From a virus (taxonomy: Duplodnaviria > Caudoviricetes): a stretch of DNA of 64,000 nt. Below, one piece after another: positions 1 through 9,011 of the stretch. The translations under genes and the position numbers were made by a program. The stretch covers positions 8,042 to 72,041 of IMG/VR virus record IMGVR_UViG_3300034082_002867, one strand, 5' to 3'. Below the pieces are notes generated by a model. It had not been told where the DNA came from. It saw nothing but the letters and a program-made list of their open reading frames with translations, and did not search any database. The number at the start of each line of letters is the position of its first letter. The first letter of the stretch is position 1.

Positions 1-291
1 CGACCAGATACGATGTTTTTCACGGATAACTTCTTTTCCATTTATAGCATCGACCCGCCATTCAACATCATCTGGTATTTCTACAATCTTTAATGTAGTA
101 TACAAACCATTGGCTTTAGCACCAAGTTTTTGCACAGCTTCTACAAGTAAAGGATGACTTCTATCATTATCAAAAGCATAAGCATTTATTTGCGACTTGG
201 CTTTTGGGTTTTTTATCTTTTTTTGAATAAGTGATATAGCATCAGCACTTATAGCAAAATTACTATAAGAAGTATTAATTACGACTTGCAT
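1..291 (-). CDS. conserved phage hypothetical protein, stop beyond window edge
   Basis: Hand-translated, not in track: MQVVINTSYSNFAIS...HPLLVEAVQKLG.KANG...LKIVEIPDDVEW...EKHRIWS; resembles a common myovirus small-protein family. Confidence 0.7.
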   Translation of the reverse strand, partial: MQVVINTSYSNFAISADAISLIQKKIKNPKAKSQINAYAFDNDRSHPLLVEAVQKLGAKANGLYTTLKIVEIPDDVEWRVDAINGKEVIREKHRIWS

Positions 292-445
292 ATATTGAAA
301 TTAGTTTTTCGAGTTCGTCACAGACGGTTTTAATATCTGCGGTTAATTGGCTAGGTTGGATTCCGACTTCATCCATCGTGCGGTCATCTTCTCCGGTACG
401 CCATTTATTGTATGCGCGAAGACGTTCTATAGATTGTTCAATCAT
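275..445 (-). CDS. hypothetical protein (56 aa)
   Basis: Hand-translated MIEQSIERLRAYNKWRTGEDD...; tiles between neighbouring genes. Confidence 0.6.
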   Translation of the reverse strand: MIEQSIERLRAYNKWRTGEDDRTMDEVGIQPSQLTADIKTVCDELEKLISIYASRN

Positions 446-448
446 GAG

Positions 449-808
449 TTAAATAAAAATTTGGTTTAAATATAGCTTGAATATTATCCAGATAGTAAAA
501 ATGTGCCACACGTTATCAACAACGATTAATGACCACGGTGCAAGAGGTGGTTTTGTGAAATTCTTTTGCCCTATAGTTCTCATGTACCAAGGTATTAATT
601 GCCATCTATCTTGTATGTAATGTGTTATAAATAAAACGATAAATGCTGTAGGGTTCCATATAGAACCCATTAAACATACGCAACTCGCCCAAATTAAACA
701 GTGAAGCGCACAAATGTAATTATCTTTTTTCTTGTTTTCAGCGATAAAATCAAATTGCAGCAGATAATCTGCTACTAAATGTCCTATGATTGCTGAAGTT
801 AAGTCCAT
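449..808 (-). CDS. DUF3307-like membrane protein
   Basis: GHLVADYLLQ, HCLIW and THYIQD His motifs in hydrophobic helices. Confidence 0.7.
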   Translation of the reverse strand: MDLTSAIIGHLVADYLLQFDFIAENKKKDNYICALHCLIWASCVCLMGSIWNPTAFIVLFITHYIQDRWQLIPWYMRTIGQKNFTKPPLAPWSLIVVDNVWHIFTIWIIFKLYLNQIFI

Positions 809-1008
809 TACATCCTCGCTTCTATATCATCTATCGAACCATACTCATTATAAATATAATCAAACAGCCAATCTTCGGCGTAAATAGTTATATTTAATTC
901 TTTTGTTAGATTGTCGTATAATGCGTGCTGTTTGGCATTCATATCTCTGATTTCATCACGGGTTTTGCAAATCAGTTCGTATTGTTGGGGTGTAAATTTC
1001 ATTTCCAA
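808..1008 (-). CDS. hypothetical protein
   Basis: ORF track; overlaps neighbours in operon style. Confidence 0.55.
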   Translation of the reverse strand: MEMKFTPQQYELICKTRDEIRDMNAKQHALYDNLTKELNITIYAEDWLFDYIYNEYGSIDDIEARM

Positions 1009-1337
1009 AATATTTGAAGCGCGACTATACTAGCGCAAAAAAATAACAATGTCAACGTCTTTAAGTTTAATTTTTCACCAAAATGATAAGAAGTTAAAAT
1101 TGTAAATAATACTATACCGATACTGAATGTAAGTATTCTATTCGGCCAAATTAATCCGTTAAAGTGTTCATTGATTAGTTTGATTGCGCGAATAGATATT
1201 AAAGTTGATGGTACGCTTATCCATATTAAATAGTATTCATACTTCTTAAACCATTCAGATAAAAATTGTCCATGTATTTGATACCATCCAATTACATAAA
1301 CTAAGCTAAGTAATAATATTGCTAATAGTAGTTTCAT
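999..1337 (-). CDS. small multi-pass membrane protein
   Basis: About four hydrophobic segments in 112 aa. Confidence 0.6.
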   Translation of the reverse strand: MKLLLAILLLSLVYVIGWYQIHGQFLSEWFKKYEYYLIWISVPSTLISIRAIKLINEHFNGLIWPNRILTFSIGIVLFTILTSYHFGEKLNLKTLTLLFFCASIVALQIFWK

Positions 1338-2006
1338 TTATATCCACAGCATATCCATGTGGTCTACGAATAATTGTAAACCTTGTTTTTTACGAGTTTC
1401 GAGTTGATCGCATGTTTTTGTATATTCGTCCCAAGCTTGTTTTGCTTCAAGAGTTCTTTCTCTATTGAAGTAATTTTTATCTTTAATGTCCGAACTACAC
1501 GATTTAGGAAAAGGTGCATACTTATCAGGATCGATAATATAATCAAAAGCAAAAATCATTTCATCCAAAATGCGATTGATTTCTTTTTCACCGATCTTTT
1601 CCGCTTTTTCTCTATCTTCATCTTGTAGATTGTCATAATTACTAGGCAAAAATTTCATTGGGATACCCATCTTACCTTTTTTCTTAAAATATTGCAAACG
1701 AGGAACCATATATTTAGCAATATTAGTTTCTAAAGAGTAAACTTCATCATCGGAAACTCCATAACGGAATTTCTGATATTGGCATTTGATCCACCAACGC
1801 AATTCATTATAATTTCCTCTGAGTCCCCATCCAAGTCGATAAGGAAGAAAATCAATAAACTCATCTACATATTTATTATAAATATAATAATCATTAGCTT
1901 TTCCTTCAAACATCTTGTCTAGTTTTACTTGTTGATCATGCCAGTCTTTAAGACGTTTTTCTTTTTGTTCTAGCGTTTCGAAATCAAATTGTAATTGATA
2001 GCTCAT
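1338..2006 (-). CDS. conserved phage hypothetical protein
   Basis: 222 aa ORF with PRLQYFK and MIFAFD segments. Confidence 0.6.
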   Translation of the reverse strand: MSYQLQFDFETLEQKEKRLKDWHDQQVKLDKMFEGKANDYYIYNKYVDEFIDFLPYRLGWGLRGNYNELRWWIKCQYQKFRYGVSDDEVYSLETNIAKYMVPRLQYFKKKGKMGIPMKFLPSNYDNLQDEDREKAEKIGEKEINRILDEMIFAFDYIIDPDKYAPFPKSCSSDIKDKNYFNRERTLEAKQAWDEYTKTCDQLETRKKQGLQLFVDHMDMLWI

Positions 2007-2377
2007 AGTGTTTTATTATAAGAATCAATATAAGATTCTATATTGTATTTTCCTATGGGATTCATAGAATGCACAACATACGGTGGATGTTTAATTCCAC
2101 GCTCCATACAGTAATTTACTAACCATTTAGCTGCGTCATATCCTGTCTTTTCCTTATAAGAATCATAAGGAATATCATCGTTATTTAAACCGTGGCCGTA
2201 ATGAATATCTGCTAGATCGTGATCGTAACAAACATACTTTGGAACTTCTCTTCTCAACGTGATTAAATCTACAAATTCCTTGTAGCTTCGTACAACAGAA
2301 TAATGTTGATCAACTGGTATGTTAACCCAAGTGACATCGGTTGGGACGCGAATATCATCAAGCCATAAATTATACAT
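2003..2377 (-). CDS. cyclic-phosphate-processing receiver-like domain protein
   Basis: LWLDDIR, YDHDL, TGYDAAKWL and VHSMNPIG motifs. Confidence 0.75.
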   Translation of the reverse strand: MYNLWLDDIRVPTDVTWVNIPVDQHYSVVRSYKEFVDLITLRREVPKYVCYDHDLADIHYGHGLNNDDIPYDSYKEKTGYDAAKWLVNYCMERGIKHPPYVVHSMNPIGKYNIESYIDSYNKTL

Positions 2378-3128
2378 AATTAAATAATCCCTTTTTTATT
2401 TTAAAGTGAACTTGATGAATAGTCAAGTTTAATTCGTTTGCTGCTTCTTTTATTGATTTCCATATCTTTAAGGTTTTGGGGCATTTGATGCTCCTCCATC
2501 TCCAAGGAGCTTCAGTAAAATGATTCTTTTTGTATTCAATAAATAAATTTTCAAAAGACCAAAAATATCCTTTTGCGCTTTTAGTTATTTTTCTACAGCA
2601 TCCAGATATAGCTTGGTGTTGAATTCCAGTTTTATTTTCAGCATCTAATAAAGAATCGTATTTTTTTATAAAATTACCTTTTAAATCAAATTGATAAACA
2701 GTTTTATATTGAGATTCTGATATTTTCTTTTTGCTTTCTGAAGTATGTTTATGACCTAAATGAGCTAGACTCATATTTCGGCGACTTTCGTCTGTATGCT
2801 TTAGTCCTAAATTCGAATAAGCTGCTGGGCATAAATTATATCCTTTTTTTCTGTCAGAACTTCCAAAAAAATCAATCCAATATTGTTCTCTTTCTTGAAG
2901 ATTATTAACGTCAATAAATTCTACAACTTCCCAACTAAAATTTTCTTTTCCGTATTTTTTATACGCAGCAAGCAAATGTTCATTATAATGTTTTTCTCTA
3001 TTCAAAAGAGTTCTATGCGCTTTCCATCTTTTTCTAATATTTTTAGAACTACCAATATAAATTTTTTGAGTTATTTTGTTAGTTATTTTATAAATTCCGC
3101 TTTGATTTAATGGACTCTTTATGTTCAC
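2370..3128 (-). CDS. GIY-YIG homing endonuclease with NUMOD3/NUMOD1-like repeats
   Basis: SGIYKITNKITQKIYIGSS, EREQYWI, GLKHTDESRRNMS, VYQFDLKGNFIKKYDS; GTG start. Confidence 0.9.
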   Translation of the reverse strand: MNIKSPLNQSGIYKITNKITQKIYIGSSKNIRKRWKAHRTLLNREKHYNEHLLAAYKKYGKENFSWEVVEFIDVNNLQEREQYWIDFFGSSDRKKGYNLCPAAYSNLGLKHTDESRRNMSLAHLGHKHTSESKKKISESQYKTVYQFDLKGNFIKKYDSLLDAENKTGIQHQAISGCCRKITKSAKGYFWSFENLFIEYKKNHFTEAPWRWRSIKCPKTLKIWKSIKEAANELNLTIHQVHFKIKKGLFNYV

Positions 3129-3185
3129 TAACTATGTTACACTCAAAAACGAAATTATCATCAAGAAAAATATTATATTTAGTTA

Positions 3186-3860
3186 TCATAGCTCAAATGC
3201 GGCAATTGTATGTTGGAAAGGGTTGCCTTCTATATTCTTTACTAGATTTAACATCTCAGCAGCAATCTCTCGGATTTCTTTCTGAGCATCAGGCTTGTTG
3301 CGAAGCTCAAGGAAGTGATAAAAACTGCGCCAATTAAACATAACGTCAGCTTGAATTTGAGAATTATAAGCCTTAAAGAATCGAGCAGATTCCTTAGCTC
3401 GCTTGCGACCTAAACTTGGTTCAAGATCTTTAACGCATTGATGATAAAGAGTATTGCCAAGGTGAGTGTAATCTTCAAGTATTGTAGTCCATTTACTATT
3501 TTGGACTCCTTCTTTATCAAAGGTAGATTCAATATCTCCCCAATCACTAGGAATCAAATACTTATCTTCCTTTATCTCCTTGTACCTAGCAGACTCTCCA
3601 TTAATAGATACGCCGACTCGATGCTTAAGAAGATGAATGTGACTAGCAATATCAGTATCTACTAAGAAGTGAATGCTAGACTTTTCAAAGGGAGTATGAT
3701 GCCCCGCATCAGCGAGCATCTTAAGGAGCTTAGGGATTCTATTAATTTTATCTTCATTTAAATCTCGGCTTGTAGAAGTCCAAGCTGAACAAGCATGAAC
3801 TTGATCATTGCCATAATAGCCAAGCAACTGAACTTTGTTGTCGTTTTTATCGTTAATCAT
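3186..3860 (-). CDS. thyX: FAD-dependent thymidylate synthase
   Basis: GHHTPFE, KHRVGVSINGESARY (RHR..SxR motif variant), NWRSFYHFLELR, AQKEIR. Confidence 0.92.
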   Translation of the reverse strand: MINDKNDNKVQLLGYYGNDQVHACSAWTSTSRDLNEDKINRIPKLLKMLADAGHHTPFEKSSIHFLVDTDIASHIHLLKHRVGVSINGESARYKEIKEDKYLIPSDWGDIESTFDKEGVQNSKWTTILEDYTHLGNTLYHQCVKDLEPSLGRKRAKESARFFKAYNSQIQADVMFNWRSFYHFLELRNKPDAQKEIREIAAEMLNLVKNIEGNPFQHTIAAFEL

Positions 3861-3861
3861 T

Positions 3862-4317
3862 TTACTTTATCCCTGCTTCAACGTAAGTCATAGACACTTC
3901 CTTGTTATTAATCAAGAATTTACGATTAGATAAATGAGCTTGTGCGACTTTGTCTTTATTTTCTCCATTGTAAGCTACTGCATAATGACTAATAATCAAC
4001 CAATCATTAAGAACAGTATTATCTTTTGGATTAATAATTTTGCCAAGCAAACGTCCAAACTTTTCTTCGCTGTCACTTAGTACAGTCTGTAGGATAATTT
4101 GACCTTCGCATTTGTCAATGAATTCTTTGACTTTATTTTTACTGAGAGTCCCGAAAACTTTTTCTGCCTTATCGGATGTTCGGCTTTCAGGAGTGTCGAT
4201 CCCAAGAAGACGTACACTTTGATTGGACAATACTACATTAAATCCTAGATCAAGATCGACATTGATAGTGTCGCCGTCTATTACTTTATTTACTTTTGCG
4301 TGATATTCGAAAGGCAT
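3862..4317 (-). CDS. thermonuclease (SNase-like)
   Basis: KVIDGDTI, VRLLGIDTPE, KFGRLLG. Confidence 0.85.
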   Translation of the reverse strand: MPFEYHAKVNKVIDGDTINVDLDLGFNVVLSNQSVRLLGIDTPESRTSDKAEKVFGTLSKNKVKEFIDKCEGQIILQTVLSDSEEKFGRLLGKIINPKDNTVLNDWLIISHYAVAYNGENKDKVAQAHLSNRKFLINNKEVSMTYVEAGIK

Positions 4318-4320
4318 AAA

Positions 4321-5091
4321 TTATATATTTGAGAATTTTTTTATTTCTAACTTACCGTTGCTAAATACTATATACTCATTTAGTCCGTTGTCAATGCAAA
4401 GATTGTCGCAATCTGCTGGATTCACATTGCCATCTAAATGATGAGGATTAACTCTACCGTTTTTATGATAAGTGTGACCAACGATTTGTTTTAATCCTTC
4501 AATAGGTTGAAACTCTTGTTTAAAATCTAGCCAAACAATTCCTCCACCTTTCTTGGGACCACCTCGACTTCGGCCAGCATAATAAAACCAATGATTTTGA
4601 TCTGTCCGTAAAGCAATGTTTGCGCGTTCTATTTCTTTCACAAAAAATAGATTCAAGTCATCATTATTTTTAACAGATGGATCTATGTAATCAGAAAACA
4701 GTCCAGCATGAGTACAAAGATAGTCATCAATCCAAAAACGCCATTTGAATTTGTTGGTAATATTCTGACGCTCAGATCCTAGTATTTCATCGATAGCAAA
4801 ATACTTTCTATCTTCATATCCACTACATATAGTATAATGATTATTGAATAAATAATGCAAATCATGATTACCAAAAAGAGTATAATTATTTGGCGCAGAT
4901 AGATATCGCATCAAATAATCAGCAGTCTTTTTGTAATCATCGGAATCGTCCAAATTAAAACTATCAAACCAATCGCCAAGACAAATATTTATGTCTGCCG
5001 ATTCGTGCTGAATAATCTTATTGAACTTCTCAATGTTATTGTGAAGATCAGAAAGTAATACTATTTTCTTATTGTGACTATCGAATGTCAT
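4321..5091 (-). CDS. calcineurin-like metallophosphoesterase
   Basis: SDLH, LGDWFD, GNHD, THAG and GHT motifs; start placed at MTFDSH (track starts at 5118). Confidence 0.88.
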   Translation of the reverse strand: MTFDSHNKKIVLLSDLHNNIEKFNKIIQHESADINICLGDWFDSFNLDDSDDYKKTADYLMRYLSAPNNYTLFGNHDLHYLFNNHYTICSGYEDRKYFAIDEILGSERQNITNKFKWRFWIDDYLCTHAGLFSDYIDPSVKNNDDLNLFFVKEIERANIALRTDQNHWFYYAGRSRGGPKKGGGIVWLDFKQEFQPIEGLKQIVGHTYHKNGRVNPHHLDGNVNPADCDNLCIDNGLNEYIVFSNGKLEIKKFSNI

Positions 5092-5455
5092 TTCTAAATT
5101 GTGTTTTAAAAGGATCAATCGTTGGTTTGCTGATTATGATTCTTGTATTAGTTTCGTTTTCTTTAACTTCTAACCATTTGACTTCAAAGTCGCCTTTTTC
5201 ATTTCCACTCATTTCTAGCGTTCGATCATTAACATGAAAAATAATACCGTGGACATGGAGCTTAGTAATGGGCATGCTAGTTCCTAATCCAACGTTATCT
5301 GATCCTCCAATACCAAGATTGCCATTATTAAGTGAAAAATCTTTTGACGGTTGAATATTCTCTTCTGCTTTGATTAGAGATGGAGTCGCTGCTGCCGCTA
5401 CAAAACCGCCGAATATAGATTTAAAGAATCCCTTACGAGTGAATTTCATACTCAT
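5078..5455 (-). CDS. hypothetical protein with Tat-like leader and a fibre-like GNLGIG..KLHVHG segment
   Basis: TRKGFFK plus hydrophobic stretch; GNLGIGG and PITKLHVHG. Confidence 0.45.
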   Translation of the reverse strand: MSMKFTRKGFFKSIFGGFVAAAATPSLIKAEENIQPSKDFSLNNGNLGIGGSDNVGLGTSMPITKLHVHGIIFHVNDRTLEMSGNEKGDFEVKWLEVKENETNTRIIISKPTIDPFKTQFRNDIR

Positions 5456-5466
5456 ATATTATAACT

Positions 5467-5883
5467 TTACTTGTCATAATCTATTTTTCCAATGACGTTT
5501 ATGCGAAAAGTATTAGTTACTTTTCCATCATTAGAACTGGTTATAATGTAGCTCTCTTCAATCGTACCGTCAAGAAAAAAAATAATTTTTGTTGCAGATG
5601 ATTCTATAATTTTTAAATCGTTAGTTATTGCGGCGAGTTCATCTGGATTCTCAAGAGAGTTTATAGTGTATTCTTCATCGAAAGATAATTCAATATCTTT
5701 TTGATGGTATGCTGCTTGATGACGTTTGTTTATTAAAAATGTTTTTAAATTCTCTCGCGCTTCTTGATACCTGTTTCCGTTGAAAGAATCAAAATTAATA
5801 ACAATCGCGGCAATTATTGATAATAAAATCGTAGTTGCCAATACTATCTCTATAAGAGTAAACCCTTTGGATTTACCAATCAT
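5467..5883 (-). CDS. prepilin-type N-terminal cleavage/methylation protein (type IV pilin or pseudopilin-like)
   Basis: KSKG-FTLIEIVLATTILLSIIAAI: class III signal with G(-1), F(+1), E(+5). Confidence 0.85.
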   Translation of the reverse strand: MIGKSKGFTLIEIVLATTILLSIIAAIVINFDSFNGNRYQEARENLKTFLINKRHQAAYHQKDIELSFDEEYTINSLENPDELAAITNDLKIIESSATKIIFFLDGTIEESYIITSSNDGKVTNTFRINVIGKIDYDK

Positions 5884-6157
5884 TATATTTTGGTAGTTTT
5901 TCTAACTCTTTTTGTCTTTCAATAGCTCGTTTTAAAATGGTTTTTAACTCCATTAGTGCTGTCTCGTAAGAAACACAAGTTATTTCTATATTATCGGTGA
6001 CATATCCATGATGTAACACTCTATATTTTGGCTGCTCGCCATAAGACCAGCGCGTTTCTATATACCAATGACAGTCTTTATCTTTATGGTGATCGCCGCT
6101 GATAAGATCGTGCCATTCTTCAGATAACTTTACTATATCTTTTTGTATGTCAGTCAT
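5873..6157 (-). CDS. hypothetical protein
   Basis: ORF track; coupled overlaps. Confidence 0.55.
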   Translation of the reverse strand: MTDIQKDIVKLSEEWHDLISGDHHKDKDCHWYIETRWSYGEQPKYRVLHHGYVTDNIEITCVSYETALMELKTILKRAIERQKELEKLPKYNDW

Positions 6158-6371
6158 GAATATCTATGTGTCGAGCGTTAAGTTCATCATACAAAATTGT
6201 ATGAATGGTGTCAAGAGCTTCACTCACATTTTCGAAATCGTTACCGTGCTTGCGGTAGCTTCTTAATCTTTCAGCAAGATGACAAATCACTGCATACATA
6301 TCAGCAGATTGGTTTGCTATTTCAAATTGCTTTTGATCTTCAGGAAGATTGAATTCTAAGATTGCTTTCAT
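6150..6371 (-). CDS. hypothetical protein
   Basis: MKAILEFNLPED N-terminus, seen in small phage proteins. Confidence 0.6.
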   Translation of the reverse strand: MKAILEFNLPEDQKQFEIANQSADMYAVICHLAERLRSYRKHGNDFENVSEALDTIHTILYDELNARHIDIHD

Positions 6372-7029
6372 ATTTTAAAATTTGTTCACCGATGTATTTA
6401 GTATACGCAGGAGGAATGGCTTCAGTTAATTCCCAACCACGACCTGCCCAAGGCATATCCATTACCTTGCGCCAAACATCGATTGAGCCTTTGCGACGAC
6501 TCTTGCCGGTAACGCTCATATCGCGATAATCGATGCCATTATCTTCGGCGTATTTTTTAGAATATCCACGTTTAGTAATGCTTTTTAATTCTGCAACTGG
6601 AAAATTACATTCAAAATATCGCGTTCTTTCGATTGGCATATTAAACATATAGCCAGTTAACTTAAACGGTTCTATAAGATATTCTTTTGCGCCAGCAACG
6701 TTTTCAATAATATAATATTTACCAGTATTGATTAGCGCACTGCGAACTGGCTCAATTAGTTTTGGCGTGTCTTTGCCTTGAGAGTAATGAACGTAGACTG
6801 AATCAGGCTTTGTAGCGTTACTATATCCCTGACAAGGAGGTGATGCGTGAATAACGTCAAATGAGCCAAGAAACTCTTTATCTTTCAGGATTTCCATTAC
6901 ATCTCCTTTAATGAATTTAAAAGGATAACTAGGCTGATCTTTAATATCAACTCCGGTCACTTCGAATCCTGCTTGGCTGTAACCCATGCTGGCTCCACCA
7001 GCGCAACAAAATAAATCAAGTAATTTCAT
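6340..7029 (-). CDS. C5 DNA cytosine methyltransferase (short type)
   Basis: LDLFCCAGG (motif I), HASPPCQ (motif IV), IIENV (motif VI). Confidence 0.9.
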   Translation of the reverse strand: MKLLDLFCCAGGASMGYSQAGFEVTGVDIKDQPSYPFKFIKGDVMEILKDKEFLGSFDVIHASPPCQGYSNATKPDSVYVHYSQGKDTPKLIEPVRSALINTGKYYIIENVAGAKEYLIEPFKLTGYMFNMPIERTRYFECNFPVAELKSITKRGYSKKYAEDNGIDYRDMSVTGKSRRKGSIDVWRKVMDMPWAGRGWELTEAIPPAYTKYIGEQILKYESNLRIQSS

Positions 7030-7094
7030 AAATTTGTAAAGGAAATGTAAAAATTGTATCTTTTTGATTGTTTAACGTGTCAATTATTGTAGAT

Positions 7095-7361
7095 ATGAAA
7101 TATCTACTATCAATTATCGCGCTGACTCTTTCACTCAGCGCACAAGGTAAACCAGAAAATCCTCCCGGTCAAGGGGAAAATCGTCGCAAACCTCCTGAAA
7201 TTTCGAAAGAATTTCGAGAAGAGATGCTAAAAAAATACGATACGAATAAAGATGGAAAATTAGATAAAGAAGAAAGATCTAAAATTTCCTCTGAAGATCG
7301 CAAAAAGGTGGGTCCACCTCGCAGAGGACCAAAAGGCCCGCCTTCTCCAAGAAAAAATTAA
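7095..7361 (+). CDS. secreted EF-hand protein
   Basis: Signal peptide MKYLLSIIALTLSLSAQ; EF loop DTNKDGKLDKEE; Pro/Gly/Arg-rich flanks. Confidence 0.75.
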   Translation: MKYLLSIIALTLSLSAQGKPENPPGQGENRRKPPEISKEFREEMLKKYDTNKDGKLDKEERSKISSEDRKKVGPPRRGPKGPPSPRKN

Positions 7362-7362
7362 T

Positions 7363-7396
7363 AAAAAACCCACAGATTTAACTCTGTGGGTTGTTT
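7363..7396. terminator. bidirectional intrinsic terminator
   Basis: aacccacaga/tctgtgggtt stem between convergent genes. Confidence 0.8.
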
Positions 7397-7410
7397 GCTT
7401 ATATCAATAA

Positions 7411-7710
7411 TTACTCAGAAACTGTATTTGAATCGTTGTCAGAAGCAGCTTGTAGACGATCTGCTTGAGCGTTGATTACGTCTGCGGCTGCTTGAATAGC
7501 CTCTTCAGTAGGATGTGGAGTGTTTAGCACCTTTACGGCCTGATCAGTGATTGAAGATAGGCGGGTGATAGCGTCTTGTAGGTTAGTTAGTGAGGACATA
7601 ATATGTTCTATTTGTTTTTGTAACGATGCTTGCTTATCTGCGATCTCTTTAATCTGTTTATTTTCACTTAAAAATATAGATTTAAGATTTTTTAGAAAAG
7701 TATTCATCAT
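7411..7710 (-). CDS. hypothetical coiled-coil protein
   Basis: ORF track; helical, Ala/Gln-rich. Confidence 0.55.
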   Translation of the reverse strand: MMNTFLKNLKSIFLSENKQIKEIADKQASLQKQIEHIMSSLTNLQDAITRLSSITDQAVKVLNTPHPTEEAIQAAADVINAQADRLQAASDNDSNTVSE

Positions 7711-7759
7711 TAAAATATTTTATATAAAAAATTGAATTTGTAAGTCACAAACAAGTTAA

Positions 7760-8131
7760 TTATTCACACTTTTTAAAACCCAGCAGTATTGCCGATTGTG
7801 TAGATAGTGTTTTGTACCATCCATGTTTTTCGCAAAGATGTCCTTTGCCGCCAGTCACTTCACAAGTTTTAGATGAAAGTTTCGCATACTTGTCAATCAT
7901 AGCAGAGGTCACTTCATTTCCGCCGCTCGCATAAAACCGAAGTCCTGCAAATTTCTCCTTGACTTGAGCCGCGACGACTTGTTGGCAACCAGAGTTATTA
8001 ATTTCATGTTGCATGTCTTTGCAAAGATCAAAGATAATATCAAACCATCCATCATCACATTCAAAATAAAAATTCTCCTTAAAGATGTCAGGAAATCTAT
8101 TAATTAGTTTATCGCTATTCTTGTTAGTCAT
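7760..8131 (-). CDS. conserved phage hypothetical protein
   Basis: DDGWFDII and QVKEKFAGLRFY, with C-terminal CEVTG. Confidence 0.7.
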   Translation of the reverse strand: MTNKNSDKLINRFPDIFKENFYFECDDGWFDIIFDLCKDMQHEINNSGCQQVVAAQVKEKFAGLRFYASGGNEVTSAMIDKYAKLSSKTCEVTGGKGHLCEKHGWYKTLSTQSAILLGFKKCE

Positions 8132-8267
8132 TGTATTTATCTTTTTTGTTTAAATCAAAAGGGTTTTCGTCTTGTTCTTCGATTTCTCCAAGACAGTCTA
8201 TGCAAACAGAACAATAATTCAAATCTTCTAAAAATGCGGTTTTTTTGCCGCAGTAATCGCAGTTCAT
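8124..8267 (-). CDS. small Cys-rich (zinc-finger-like) protein, 47 aa
   Basis: Hand-translated MNCDYCGKK...YCSVCIDCLGE; fills the gap between two ORFs. Confidence 0.55.
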   Translation of the reverse strand: MNCDYCGKKTAFLEDLNYCSVCIDCLGEIEEQDENPFDLNKKDKYND

Positions 8268-8485
8268 TATAGAGCGGATAATTTAAGAATTTCGTCTAAG
8301 CTCTCTTTTACTCTAATTGGATGCATGGTACTATTTTTAGTAAAAATCAGACTATGAATATGAGACTGTTCTACATTAACAACCATATCTAAATTAATGA
8401 GTTGAGGATTGTATTGTCTATTAGTTTTATTTACCAAGTCGTCATGACCGGGATCTAATACGTTTAATTTTACAAAGTGAGCCAT
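8267..8485 (-). CDS. hypothetical protein
   Basis: ORF track. Confidence 0.55.
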   Translation of the reverse strand: MAHFVKLNVLDPGHDDLVNKTNRQYNPQLINLDMVVNVEQSHIHSLIFTKNSTMHPIRVKESLDEILKLSAL

Positions 8486-8530
8486 ATAAAAATAATATGC
8501 GGTTTCAAGGATAACCGCAAACCTTTTTAA

Positions 8531-8725
8531 TTAAAACCTGCGAGGCTCAGGAGCGCGAAAAACTTCTTGCTCTTTACTCATGTCGCCTTCGACATAATAA
8601 ATTACGCCGTTTACAGATTTAGCGCACTGCATAGCCCAATCATACGCTTGCTTCTTTCCTAGCGCAAGATTATAGGCTGACTGATACGCACCATCTCGGT
8701 CTCTGACAATATAACGCTTGTTCAT
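8531..8725 (-). CDS. hypothetical protein
   Basis: ORF track. Confidence 0.5.
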   Translation of the reverse strand: MNKRYIVRDRDGAYQSAYNLALGKKQAYDWAMQCAKSVNGVIYYVEGDMSKEQEVFRAPEPRRF

Positions 8726-8726
8726 A

Positions 8727-9011
8727 TTAAGAGTTTTGAATTAGAATGTCGTGAATTAGATGACGAGTCTTATGGTCAAGAATTCGACCAGTCTCGTCCT
8801 TCGGGAGATCTGTAACTACCTTATCAAAATTAAGTCCAAGCACAGAACTCATGCACTTAATCTTTCGGTAGATGCCAATCTCCTTGTACTTTAGAATTGA
8901 CCACAATGTGTCAACTTGTTCTGGAGTCGCCTTAGTAATTGCATTAGTCAAGGCAACTGGTTGTGTAATAACATCAGTCTTTTCACTCATATATTTTATA
9001 TTACTGATCAT
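8727..9011 (-). CDS. hypothetical protein
   Basis: ORF track. Confidence 0.5.
   Translation of the reverse strand: MISNIKYMSEKTDVITQPVALTNAITKATPEQVDTLWSILKYKEIGIYRKIKCMSSVLGLNFDKVVTDLPKDETGRILDHKTRHLIHDILIQNS

Noticed and set aside
2370-3186. Group I intron carrying the GIY-YIG gene
   Set aside because: thyX appears complete with its own stop, the downstream gene has its own start, and there is no room for intron core helices.
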